From Chiloscyllium plagiosum (lineage: Eukaryota), in NCBI RefSeq assembly GCF_004010195.1, contig NC_057718.1, positions 25,175,955 to 25,236,090 of the forward strand: 60,136 nucleotides of DNA. The letters run 5' to 3'. The position numbers were made by a program, and so were the translations under genes. This document shows positions 37,400 through 50,350 of the stretch, piece after piece. Under the pieces are notes generated by a model that did not search any database, was not told the DNA's origin, and saw only the letters and a program-made list of their open reading frames with translations. The stretch's first letter is position 1, and every line of letters begins with the position of its first letter.

Positions 37400-38220
37400 A
37401 AATAAAAAGGAAAACCCAAGAGCAATCGTGGAGACAACGGGCCGAACGGCCGCTGTCTACACCATTCTCGATGCCTCGTTTGGAAACGGAAACACAACAG
37501 GACACAACCGAGAGTGAGGGGAGGGTGTGATAACGACGAGAATTAAGCACTGGGTGTCTAACAAAACTGGGGCTGATTCAAGTCTCTCTGCCCCGTACTC
37601 ACCAAATAAGCTCTTACTGAAACCGTCCCAGACACACGCGGCGGAATCCCAAACCCATCGCCCTCTCACGCAGGAGACAAAGGTGAAAACAACTCCAAAG
37701 ACTGACAGCAATAAGTCACTGATGCTGATGTTCACCAGGAGCAGGTTGGTGGGTGTCTTCAGCCTCTTGAATTTGCAGTAGAGCAGCAACATCAGGAGGT
37801 TGTTGCAGACGCCCAGAACGCCGATGGTTCCTACGCTGGCTGCCAGAACTTTGTAGGTACTGGGACTGAAGAGGATTTCCTCCCGGGCGGCGGTACTGTT
37901 TACCAGGTTCATCATTGCCTGCCAGGCGGCTCCGGCATGCTATGGAAGCGCCCCCCGGACATCAACTCCCGGGGAGGATTCGAGAAATGGCCCGATGCTG
38001 TTGGTGCTCACCGCTTTGTACCGTCCGATTGCAGGCAGCAGCGAACCGAGCGCCGCTTAATTAGGACACTTCTTGTGGATTCAGAATGCCTCCCTGTCAT
38101 TCCTCGTTTTAAAATAAAGCGTCATGGACTTTCACGTCACTGACGGGGTGGGAGTGCAGATGTCTCGAACTGCAATTTGCCCGGGACCGCTAATGGAAGG
38201 GCGCGATTTTAGTATTTTTT
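37400..38220 (-). promoter_or_regulatory. CpG-rich opn3 promoter / exon 1 region
   Basis: Visibly elevated GC and CpG relative to the AT-rich flanks; TATA-like TTTAAAA near 38107-38114 and CRE-like sites at 38120-38145. The TSS cannot be determined. Confidence 0.6.
37603..37915 (-). CDS. opn3: Opsin 3 exon 1 (N-terminus to TM3)
   Basis: ATG at 37915; [22 protein letters not shown]...NNLL...[21 protein letters not shown]...[12 protein letters not shown]; donor TTTG|GTgagt; 313 nt, phase 1, joins exon 2 as GGA (Gly). Total CDS 1167 nt = 388 aa. Confidence 0.97.
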
Positions 38221-38828
38221 GAAAAAAAACAAGGAATTGCTCGCTACTCAGTAATACATCATGCTTTAAATCTCCTTAATGCATCAGTATTTGATAGTAC
38301 CACCGCCTCATTCACCTTACAAACTAGCTACCTGCTAATGCAAAAGTGATGCTTAATAGGTGAAGAATCGAATGATCATATTCATTAATTGATCTGTTAA
38401 TTATCAGCTTTCCTGTTGTCTAAATAATTATTCTGAACATATGTCCAAAACAGTTTATTAGATGTACTGATTAAATTCATTTTAGCACGTATGTGACATA
38501 TACTTGTGCCTAGCATGTCTTTGCACTTTTGGTACCCCAGTCCTGATATGGAAATTTCTAGAATCACACATGTTCCTTATTGAGTAAAAGTTACATTCAC
38601 AACAACTAGTCAACCAAAATTGAGAACATAAACTTCCAATTAAAACTGCAATGGGCATAACAATAAACAAAATAAACTAAAAATATAAAAGGGAATCTGA
38701 GAGTTATTGTGGCATGTGTTAATGCCCCTAATCTGGGCCAGAAAGTTTGGATTCAAAACTCAACCTGTTCTAAGGTTGTCCTAACACGTCTGAATAGATT
38801 GTTTAAAAATATCTCTAAAAACAAAACT

Positions 38829-38940
38829 GCTTTCGGCCATACCAGTCTGAAAACGCCTAACCTTGTCTGTTCTCTGAAACCAGGCAGATTCTTTCAGTCT
38901 GTTTGGGACCTGGATGAGAGATCATCGCAGAATACCAGGA
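38829..38940 (+). pseudogene. 5S rRNA-derived sequence (pseudogene or SINE3-type head)
   Basis: GCTTTCGGCCATACCAGTCTGAAAACGCC...TGGATGAGAGATC...GAATACCAGG is colinear with vertebrate 5S (GCCTACGGCCATACCACCCTGAACGCGCC...TGGATGGGAGACC...GAATACCGGG) but has many substitutions. Confidence 0.85.
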
Positions 38941-38944
38941 GGGC

Positions 38945-40110
38945 TCTTTTGACTTAGTGGTAATGTGTCAGAGAACGGGGTTAAATCTTAATCACCAATA
39001 TTACAGATGCGACAGCATGTTTGAACAAATAACTATTAAATGGAAACTCAGGGCTCTCACAGAAAGCTGGCAGGATTCCTGCCTCTCCAGGCCCTGGAGG
39101 TGTGTAATAACATGTTAAAGCATTTGATTAAAGTCAAAAGCTGTCATCCATTGATTAGATTCCCTACAGTGTGGAAACAGGCCCTTCAGCCCAACAAGTC
39201 CACACTGACCGTCCACAAGAGCAACCCACCAGACCCCTTCACCTTTGCATGGCCAATTCACCAAACCTGTACATTTTTGCACTGCGGGAGGAAACCAGAG
39301 CAAACCCACACAGACATGGGGAGAATGCGCAAACTCCACACAGACAGTTGCCTGAGACAGGAATTGAACCCTGTGCTACCGTGCAGCCCTTACCAACTGA
39401 TGCTTTACCAAAGGATTCCTGAGGACCATGTACATATCACACACTGCATAAAGGTCCATCCTGCTCCATTCCAGGGTCCTAAGAAGTTGAATAAAACATT
39501 TATAGGAGGGAAACTAAGGGGTTTTGTAATGCAGTAGTAATTTCCACACCTCTGAGCTGGAAGACTGGGTTCAAAACTCACCTGTCCTAAAGCTTTGTAC
39601 ATTAATTTAGTGCAAAGTCTGTACACATTTCCATTCACTGTTATTAAGGTATTATGGGTGCTGTGGTAATGTCCCTATCTTTGGACCAGAAGGTCTTCGT
39701 TCATGTTCCACATGCCCTGGAGGTATATCATGAACAGGTTGATTATAAAATATCTATAAAAGGGAAGCTGTGAGGTCTGGTGGCACAGTGGTAGTGTCCC
39801 ATTTCTGGGGCAGGTGGGACTTGAACCTAGACCTCCTGGCCCATAAGTAAGCTATAACATAAATAAAACAAAATATTTTACTGGCAAAGTGAAATATTGT
39901 GTCCAATATGACTTTTCTTTGGAACTCAACATCTGTCACAACATATCTGAACAGACTGATTTAAAAATAAAACTTCATGTGGAGCATCTTGTGGAACAGT
40001 GATGGTGTTACTACTTCTGGGTCAGAAAGTCTGGTTCTTTGCAATACCTAGCTGGAGGAGTGTCATAGCATGTTTAAAGAGGGTTGATTAAATATAATTA
40101 TAAAATGGAA
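38945..40110 (+). repeat. Degenerate tandem array of ~6 tRNA-like short units
   Basis: Recurrent CAGTGGTA(A/G)TGTCCC...GGTTC...CTGGAGG...CAT...GAACAGGTTGATT..AAATAT modules at about 38945, 39050, 39520, 39650, 39775 and 39985. Confidence 0.65.
39153..39372 (-). mobile_element. V-SINE (HE1-like), internally deleted
   Basis: Reverse complement shows the B box, V-domain and CR1-like tail (CCCTACAGTGTGGAAACAGGCCC on the plus strand). Confidence 0.85.
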
Positions 40111-42217
40111 ATGATATTGAGTGACTATCTCAAAATATTTTGAAAAATTGGCTTACTACCTTTCCTAATTGGACTTAGTGCCCAAAATAAGTCTTCTGCC
40201 ATTGTAAATGCACTAAGTCTTAAAATTTAAAATGTCTAAAGACAGAGTGGATAGTGGTGAAATGGTAATATTAATCTAAAGCACCTGGAAGTATAAGTTT
40301 ACCTGTTTAATAATTCTGGGAATCAGTGTTTATTTTTAAACAATCCCCACCCCCTTCAACCCATCACCTCATTGGATCGGATTTTTAACCATAGTTTCTG
40401 GATCCCTTTTTAAATCAACCATTCAGGAGACATTATGATACCCCAATATTACCGGCCACAGGCTTGAGTGCTTATCTTTTTAAGAGGTATGATTAGTAAA
40501 GAATGTGAAACAAAATCAAAGGAAACTTATGACTTCAAAAATAATGTTATTCCTATTACCTACTGTGACCTCCTGTCTCTGTGGTGTCCACCTGACACAG
40601 AGGGCACCAGTGATCACCATGCACTCCTTGTCAATATCCATTTAGCTATGGATAATATTGTGGAACAGAACTCTGTCAGCCAGATCAACTGCATCTGGCC
40701 ACCTTGGCAAGACCAAAGACCAATCCAGGATGAGAATTTCATATTTAGTTACCTGCTTTATTCTCTGAGTGGTCAAACATCAGGAGTGTAAGATTGAAGT
40801 GGAGCCAGAAATTGATTTCAGAGCATCTCATGCAAATAGTGGAAAAAGGGCTGTAGAATTGCACATTCAACAAAAACATGGAACACTGATTAATCCAGTT
40901 GGCAATTAAAAGCTACAGGTGGTCAAGGAGACAATAAAATAACCAAAGTCACATTTGGATGGTATTTCTTTGTACAACATTCAAATCTGTATCAGAGGAA
41001 AAGAAAATAATTGTTTGTTCAATGACAAAATTGTCCTTCAAATGACATTTTTTAATGATTGACAACAAGTCTGTTATTCAAAGAATTTAAGCTCACAGTT
41101 AATTTTTTTATAGCCTCCAATGCTATGATTCTATAGTCTCCAGTTCTGATGAAAGAAAGGACATATTTATCTTAAATTCTGAGAGCTCAAGTCTATCAAT
41201 GTGATCAAGAATGTTCTATACATGGAGGTCTGGACTTTGTGGTCAGCAGCGAAGAGATTGTATCACTATTGACTTTGAAGGAAGCTGCCTGTAAATATCT
41301 AGGGATATGTGAACCATGGATTTCCCCTTCTGTGATTTCTGTTGGAATTTGATGCCAAGTCAAGAGGATCTCCATGAGCACAGCAAAAATGATGTCATCA
41401 AGCAGGATTAGCAGCCAATCACTTTGAAGTGTTGTCATATTTGGCTAAGTAGGAAATAAAATGACAGAGATTTATAAAAATGCACATAATAAATGCTGAT
41501 GTCTCATAAAGAAACATTTTGGAAAAGTATTTATTCAAAATTAATTTTATCACAGTGGAGAAATTTGATAATCTGCAAACATAAAATTAGATTTTTAAAC
41601 TTGTGCTTATTCTTAACGTACAATGTAGTTCAAAAATCTCGTTACACCTCACTCAACAAGTTGTAATTTTTTTAAGAAAAATTCTTTATAAAGGACTTCC
41701 AGATAAAAGGGAAAATTTTCATTATTTAATGATTCCTATCTAATTGCAGTCCATGCGTCTTCAATAGTGCTCCAAATGAAAAAGAGTAACATTATTGACA
41801 GTAATGTGTGGATTTCTGCATTTAATGTGTTATTTGGACTCCTGAAATTGCTGTCAGATTGAAGCATAATCAAAATGAATACAGGCAATTTCTCCACTAG
41901 TACTAATACAAAATCCTGGCCATCGCTTTATTGTTGCCTATCGATTGTCTGCTACTGGTTTGATGCCCAGGAACTTTGAGAACCAACTAAACTCAATATT
42001 CCTGTGTCTAACACAAGCGCAGGTCTCCAAATAAAAACATTCAAGTAAAAGTATGCAAGAACAACAGCTAAATTTTACAGATAAATTTAATAATATAAAC
42101 TTATTGATTATATGTTCTTGCTATTAGAAATTGTATTTTATTACCCTCTTCTGAGGATTCGCAAGCCAAAATACTGATCAAATGAATTTTATTGATATTT
42201 CTGTTTTCTTTAAATTC

Positions 42218-42422
42218 AGTTAGCTCAGTTGGCTAAACTGCTGATTTGCAATGTAGAGTGACGTAACAGAACAGATTCAACTCCAGCACAGGCTGAGGTT
42301 GCATGAAGGACTGTCCTTCCCAACCTCTCCTTTCTGTGGTGTGATGACCAGTAGTCATCTCTCTGTCTCTCATCAGAGAGCAACACTGTGGTCTGATAAG
42401 ACTATGGCAACTTTAAACCTTT
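42218..42422 (+). mobile_element. tRNA-derived SINE of a different family, old
   Basis: TAGCTCAGTTGG A box and GATTCAACTCC B-box-like element followed by a non-V body. Confidence 0.55.
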
Positions 42423-42507
42423 ACTTTGTTAAATTAGTAATTATTTACTGAGTGCAAATTTAAGATTAGACTTTTTTTTCCATTCGCTTTTTCTTGGTTT
42501 TTACATT

Positions 42508-42930
42508 CTGTGGTTGTTGAACTATTTCGCTATTTTACAAAAATAATAAATTCCAGACATTCAGGTATAAATGTGGCAATGTGATGCTTTGAGTGTGAAG
42601 ATATGCACATGTCATAAAACTTCTATACAGAGTATAGATAAACCTTTGTTGTTGCCTGTTGTCATCATATTCTCAATATCTTATTGTGAAAACAATCTTA
42701 ATTGGCTCATATTTTCAAACTGTGGTTGTTGAACTATTTCGCTATTTAACAAAAATAATAAATTCCAGACATTCAGGTGTAAATGTGGCAATGTGATGCT
42801 TTGAGTGTGAAGACATGCACATGTCATAAAACTTCTATACAGATATAGATAAACCTTTGTTGTTGCCTGTTGTCATCATATTCTCAATATCTTATTGTGA
42901 AAACAATCTTAATTGGCTCATATTTTCAAA
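42508..42930. repeat. Tandem duplication, 212 + 211 bp
   Basis: 42508-42719 and 42720-42930 differ by about three substitutions and one 1-nt indel. Confidence 0.95.
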
Positions 42931-44649
42931 AATAAATGTTTACTTCTATTTCTCCTAAATCATTTCTTACCAATTTCTTTACAAATCTGTTAAGTATTCA
43001 TGTACACTCTTCCACCACCTCCACAGCCCAGTGCTCCTACAAGCATAATCATCAACTTGAAAAAGCAATGACACAAATGATGGACTGGAATTATAAATAT
43101 TCACTTATAAACAGAATGCATTTCTTCAGTTGAAATATAATGGTGAAATATTTATTTGACACATTCTGATGGTCTTCAGTCCAGAACATATCCAAGTTTG
43201 TAGGTTCTTTTTAGTAAATGGAATGGTTAGTCTGAACTGGGATTGTAAAAATATTCATTACACTACAGCCATGATCAAATGAAGATGCTAATAATTTTAG
43301 AGCAAATGCAAGTTCACATGATGACATAATATACACCAAAATGATAGCTAACACACAGACCACAATTTTCTGTCAACATGTTGGTAAGTATTGTAGTGTT
43401 TCAATTGACACTTGACCCTGAGTTGGTTATGTGACAAACAAGGCAAAGGCTTTATTCTACCTGCATTGTTATGGAGGTACAGTTCAAGAGAAACTGTTCA
43501 ATGAACAAAGATTTCTTTACATATGTATAGACCTTACAGTTACGTTTGTTACTCAGATGTACAATTTATCACATTATTACAAACAGTACAAAACAATTTC
43601 AGTACTGATGTCTCATTAGAAGGATGGGCAGGTAAACACATTCCATTGTCAGGCTAATCAAGTTCCTCATGTGACCATGTCCAGTGACCATGACCCTGAA
43701 AAAAAATGCAAACAAGTTCCCACTTGTGGCTATTTTCTCTGTGTAATGATAAAGTAGTCTCTTATTCACATAAGTTATTGTGGTTGTGTCTCTGCGGCAC
43801 TGAACAGCTCATGTCTCTCCCTCGAATTGTGCCTTCATTGTCTGTCCTCTTTTCTGCAGCTGGCATGCTTTTCCTAGTGATGTTGTTTGCAATCCTGGTG
43901 AGTTTTTATACATAGTTTGACAACATCCAATCTTCATTCACATGTCTTCAATTTCAAAGATGAGAGTACAAATTTACAAATATATAAACACCAGCCTATT
44001 ACAGCATCTAAATACTTTCAGGACTTTTACTGTAAGGCTGTAAGTGGAAAACCATTCGACAGTTTACCATGACAGTGGTGTTCAGATGGATGTTTTTGAA
44101 GGGGGAGGAATTGAAAATGGCAGTTTTCAAAAGGAAATAAAAAGTACCTGAACAATCGCAAACATCGACCATGTCAAAAAGTACAAGGGCAGATGGGAAG
44201 TTATTGGTGGTTAGTGAATTAGTGAGAATTGCATCAAGACAGCAAGAAGTAAGCCTTATAAGGAGGCATGAAGAGAGATTAAACATGTAAGCATGGATTG
44301 AGGGGATGGAGAAGCCCTGGCAGAGGTTTGGCTTGGGAGGTGAGGCTGGTGGGCAATGGCAGGAGAGAAATATGGTCAAGGCAGTTGAATGGATGCTCTT
44401 AATCTTAGTGCCAAAGATATCTATGCCTCACAAATCATTGGTGAGTCTGGTGGGGATAGAAGAAAAAATAATTAAGGAGTCAATTGGAAGTGGATCAAAG
44501 GATCTGGGGATAATCAGTGCTCTCTGGGATGATCCTAGAGCAATAGGCAGTTTTGGCAGAGTAGCACATAGCTTGGCTGCATTTGATGAGATCCATTACT
44601 GTATTCAGGATAACTATTATAAAAACATTATGTACATGCAATTATAGAA

Positions 44650-45245
44650 GAAAGCTCTGCTTGCTTTCATCAGTCAGAGCATTGAGTATCGGAGTTAGGA
44701 CATCTTATTGCAGCTGTATAAGATCTTTTTGAGGCTACATTTGGAGTAATGTGTACAGTTCTGGTCACCATACTATAGAGAGGATATTATTAAATTAGAA
44801 AGACTGCAGAAAAGATCTACCAGGATGCTACCTGGACTGGAAGTTTTGAGTTATGAGTTATAAGGAGAGGTTGGATAGACTGGGACTTTTTTGACTGGAG
44901 AGTAGGAGACTGAGGAGTGACATTATAGAGGTATATAAAATCATAAGAGCCATAGATAATATAGGTAGCCAACAGCTTTTCTCCGTGGTAGGGGGAACCA
45001 AAAACTAGAAGGTATGAATTTAAATGAGAGGGGACAGATGCAAAATAGTCCAGAGGGGCAATTTTTTCACACAGAGAGTGGTGAAAACGAATGCAATTTT
45101 GTCATTCAAGAACCATGGCTGGGATAGGTATGGAGAGAAATGGACCAAATGTAGGCAAATGGGACTAGTTCAGATAGTGAAAACTGGGTGACATGGGCAA
45201 GTTGAGCTGAAGGGTCTGTTTCCATGCTGTAGATCTCTATGATCC
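44650..45245 (+). mobile_element. CR1 LINE 3' fragment
   Basis: LE*CVQFWSP, RSTRMLPGL and RRLRSDIIEVYKII motifs; tail GAAGGGTCTGTTTCCATGCTGTA. Confidence 0.85.
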
Positions 45246-48200
45246 GATAACTAAAGAAAACATTTGTGCCAAACAAGTGAGAGGCAATGATGATAGATTA
45301 CTTAGTCCAGTGCCATCCATCACATACTAGAGTAGTCCATGTCCACACATAACAACACCTGCAAAATATTCAGGTTTGGAATGATAAGTAACGTTCGTGT
45401 CTCACAAGTGCCATAGGGGAAGAGAGTAGCTAATTACTTCGCTTTAACTTTCAATGATAATACCATTTCTGAGTTCTCCACCACCAACTTTTTGAGAGTT
45501 ACCATTGGCCAGAAACTGAACTGAGTCAGTTGTTTAAACACAATGATTACAAGTGCAAGTAGAGAGGGTTCCCCAGAGTTGTCTGAATGATGGAATACTT
45601 GCAGATGCCTGGATGAATGCAGCTCCAAGAAGCTCAATCCACCCAGGATAGAATGGTCCACTTTATTTGCAATTCATTCAAAACTCTTCACCATAGTGAC
45701 AGCTGTGTGTGCATTTCCAATGTGTGTGTCTGTAATGCCTTTGACTACATCTCCCAAACTGACAGCCTACAGGGAGAAGGAAAATCTTTACATGGGATTT
45801 CCATTTCCTGCAAATTCCCCTTTAGCCACACACCCTCCTGACATGAAACTATGTTGCCATTTCTTCATTGGTTTTTGGTAAAAAATTATGAACTAATTTC
45901 ATAATTAGTTGATGTGCTCCCTTACCACAACCAAATAAAAAAGAACACATTCCAGCAAAGCAAATATCTCTAATATTAAATTGGTTTATGACATGACTCA
46001 TTCCCCTTTATAAAAATATTGACCCTCCATTGGGTAGAGAGTTCAGACAGTACAATCTATCCAGTGACCTGAACATGGAGTTTACTCAGAAAACATTCAC
46101 AGTTTCTTCAATTATTCTCCTGGAGCTTGGAGAAGTATGAACATTCAAACAAAAGCTGTTTCACCTCCCTGGGGTTGCTCAGAGCACAAACCCATACCTC
46201 AGGTAATTTAACATGTTAAGAGCAGATCATTTAACATAATAATTTCCTCCCTGTTATTCAGATAGTTGCTGCCCTTCCCTTTCTCTTCCTTTCTAGCAGC
46301 CTTATTAAAGTACTTGCTTTTCAGACAAAAGCTTGCAGTCAGTTGTGAGCCTTTCTCTCTGTACAAATGCTGACTCAACTGCTTTGTATTTTCAGTGTTT
46401 TCTGTTATCTTGTTCCAGCATTTGCAGCTTATTTTCCAATTAACGTGTGCTTACAGTGCAGCACAAATAAAGTTAATAATGCTTTACAAAGCATGATTGG
46501 CGCAATCAGAGTATTAGGTATCTATAAATATAGTTGTAGGACGGACAAAGAAAGTCCCTGTGGCAATATTCTTTGTATGATTTCTGCTATCAAAAGCCAT
46601 TCACCTCCAATGATTTCATGCAGACAAAGGATTTAAAATTGAAGGCAGCTCATTATGTTTTATCTTTCCGTGCAATGCTATTCAGTGGCCCCTGTCCAGG
46701 AGCAATGCTGATATAAGCTTTAATCATAGACTTTGCATTGCGAACTACATTTCCTGTTAAGATGTTTCTTGTGTGCCAAGGTGAATTAGAAAATTTGCTC
46801 AGTATTCAGTGAAAAATAATAAAAAATTAGGAATGCACCATGATTTCAGCTTTCAATGGCAATTTGCATGAATAGAGTCATCAACCCTATCATCCCATTT
46901 TGCACTCCATCGTAAAAGAGGCCAAAATCAGTTGCTAATCTCGTATTGGGTTATAGCATTGTTTGGTGAAACTGTGTGTTTGTGCACTGCAGCAAAATGG
47001 GTGCAGAACAATTCTGGGCTGTAACATAACAGGGAGCAGATGGCAAGGTTAGCAGAAAGGGAGCACTGAAAGCAAATAAGGTACCATGTCTACCAATCAC
47101 CCCCAGGCAGAGAATTTATGCAGCATGAAATAGCACTGCTTCTTGCACAATATTGCTATTAGTAGGGACCTGCAACTGAAAGAATACAAGAAACAGAAAG
47201 CAGACAGAGGCAATAGAATTTTTAGTTGAGCACACGTATCAAGAGACATAGAGCTCGGATGGATTAATGGAGTTGTGATACAGTTAAATAAAATTTAATA
47301 AAATTAGGAGCAGTCTAAAACAGGTAATAAGTTTACTTCCGATCCTATGTTTCCAACAGGACAAATAACGTCAAGAATCGATAACAAGCAAACTGAGAAA
47401 GCTGTGGAACAGGACCATAAATACTTATTGTCAAGGACTCACCAATATTCATAAGGACTTTTATTATTTTCACTTATATCAGATAAAATAGTTTCCTGTT
47501 TTCCTTTAGGAGCCAGACTCTGTTCCCCACTTCAAATAGTCAAGTTTGGCTCAATTTCTTTTGAATCAAAGCACAAAATGCAACTTTTAGTGCACAGCTG
47601 TGTATGATAGGATTCACTACCATGTGCTATGCATGTTATCTCTTTAATGTATCTTTATAATCTGATTACATTGTGTTATGCAGCCACGTTGGCATGGCTT
47701 CTACATAAAGATAGATGTAAACGTTTGGCCTGAATTGTGTGGGCCTCAAATGAGCCATGAATGTTGACAATTATTATTATCCTGAGACTTTGGGTTTTCT
47801 CCATAGGAGCTATGGTTATCTCTGCTGCCCCTTAATAAGTTTCAACAAAAGTGGACACATCAGAGACTCCGAATTGCCCTTGCAATAGATGAGTTCTTGT
47901 AAAGATTCCATGCAGGGACACTATTGAATCTCATCAATAGAAATGCCCATATCAAATAATTATTAATCCATTTCTGGGTCTTAACATAATGAGATCTCTC
48001 TGCAATGGTCCATATCTTCAATCAGCTTCTTCTAGAATCTGAAGTGTTATGTCTGAATATTGGTAACTGAAGCTAGAGGAACTCCTAAAGTGATTAAGTA
48101 TATTGCAGCATCTATATTTCAGAGTGTCCCCTTATATGGATTTAGATATTTTTGAGAGAATAATCTAGGGAATCTGAAATAAATGCAACTTTTGTTGTAC

Positions 48201-50047
48201 CATGTTACTGGGTGCTTTTTTAAAAAATGGAAGAAAATTGAGCAAGGCTCCCTCAGTAGCACACGACAGTTTCCACTCTTCTTGGCCTGGGAAAAAAAGT
48301 TAAAAGTGTGATGTTACAGAATAACAAAATCATTGATTGGAGAGACACTGCTATTAAGGAGTGTCCATAAATAGCTGAAATTTAGAAAGGCAATTTTTAA
48401 AGTAGCTATTTAAATGTAATTAATATCAACTCCTTGCTCATCCTCCTGCACTCTGTCAAGGCCATGATCTTAGTGACCATCTATGACCCATCCTCGTGCA
48501 GCATCTCGTGTCCTGCCAGGTAGTATCACCAGCTCCTTCCACCTATTTGTTGAATTATTCCTCTTCACTGTCTGGTCACTTTTGCATCCTGGGTTGCTGC
48601 CTCCAATCCCTGGCATTGAGTCCCTTCCCCTCCATAATATATCCCTGATGTTCATTCAGCAGATGCTGCCCCACACCCCTATCCCTGATTTAAGTTGGAC
48701 AGACAGACTCGAACAACGACTGAACGAGATGCCTGATTGCTTCCCAGGCAGGTCAATCTGACAATCAACAAGTCCCCTGATTGTTTGCATTGGATCCTCA
48801 GGATTGACCATGTGCCAATGTCCAGTGCCTGACCTTGCTCACTTGAATGAGTGACTGTGCTCAAGTCCCTGGACTGTGAATAGACTTTACCGTTTAATAA
48901 CTGTGGTGGGATCCCTGACTGACAGCTGTTGTTTTGTCTTTACCGAGGACTACTCCCCTTTGATTTTGAGACATTGCTATTAGTCGATGCATATATAAAG
49001 TATTTGCTGCCTGGACTGCTAACAGACTCTGAAGGTGTGCGATTGATTAGGCACTACACCAAACAACAACATGTCCAACATGGCCAACAAGCATAGCAAA
49101 GCTTTCTGTTTACATAAAGGAGCAAGGCAAGACAGAGATAATTTGAGCTTTTAAAATGCTGCTGAGGAGTATTTACAAAAATTCCAGGCAAGGCAGGGAT
49201 ACTGCAAGTATCCAGGTGGCCACAAAGTGAGTGAATGCTAAGAGAAGTGAGCGAGCAGCACTGAGATGCAGCCTGGTCCAATCCATGAGAAATGTACCTG
49301 AGTTTGAGTGTATCATGTCTATGCAGTGCCAAGAGAGCATGCAATAACTGGAAAATTAGAAAAGAATGGCAGGACTAGGCAGAGTCAAACATGAATTTAT
49401 GAACAGGAACTTGTTGAAGTTTTTTGAGAATTTAACTTGTGGCTCAGATAAAGGAGAACCAATGGATAAGGTATATTTAGATTTTCGGAAAGCTTTTGGT
49501 AAAGTTCCACACAAGAAGTTAGTAAATAAAATTAGATCAAACTGAATTGCAGGGTTATATATGAGTATAGACTGAGAATTGGTTAATAGACAAAATGCAC
49601 AGTTTAGGGACAAATGGGCTTTTCTCAGGATAGCAGACTGTTACTATGGGATACTACAAGGATAATGTCTGGTCCACAATTATTCACAAACTTAATAAAG
49701 TGTTTGGTTGTAATTTTTTATATTATTTAATATGTAATATTTGGACATAACTGTAATACTTCCAAATTTGATGACGACACAAAACTGGGTGGGAACTTAA
49801 ATTGTTAGAAGCATGCAAAACGGCTTAATGAGACTTGGACAAGCTAAGATGGAATATAATGTGAATAAGTGTGACATTATCCGCTTTAGTTGGAAAAACA
49901 AGAAAGACAGAATGTTTCTTAAATGCTGACAGGCTGGGTCACTAAAAACTAACATACAACACATGGGTGCAGCAAGAAATTAGTAAGCCAAGTGATGTGT
50001 CAGCCTTCGTTGCATGGTGATTTGAGTTCTGAAGTAAAGATTAGCTC

Positions 50048-50350
50048 AGATTTCCTACAGTGTGGAAACAGGCCCTTCAGCCCAACACCAACCCTCCAAA
50101 GAACAACCTACCCAGACCCATCTCCCTGTGACTAATGCACCTAACACTATGGACAATTTAGCATGGCCAATCCATGTGACCTGCACATCTTTGTGACTGT
50201 GGGAGGAAACCAGAACACCTGGAGGAAACCCACGCTGACACGGGGAGAATGTGCAAACACCACACAGTCAGTCACCTGAGGCTGGAATCAAACCCAGGTC
50301 CCTGGTACTGTGAGGCTGCAGTGCCAACCACTGAGCCACTGCGCCACCCC
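50048..50350 (-). mobile_element. V-SINE (HE1-like)
   Basis: Reverse complement shows A/B boxes, V-domain and tail. Confidence 0.9.

Noticed and set aside
24691-37602. Nested CHML-like retrogene in opn3 intron 1, as in human
   Set aside because: No long ORF or Rab-escort-like peptide is present; the intron is filled by LINE, SINE and Penelope fragments.
38829-38940. Functional 5S rRNA gene
   Set aside because: Many substitutions and an indel in the internal control region, 3' end missing, and not in a 5S tandem array.
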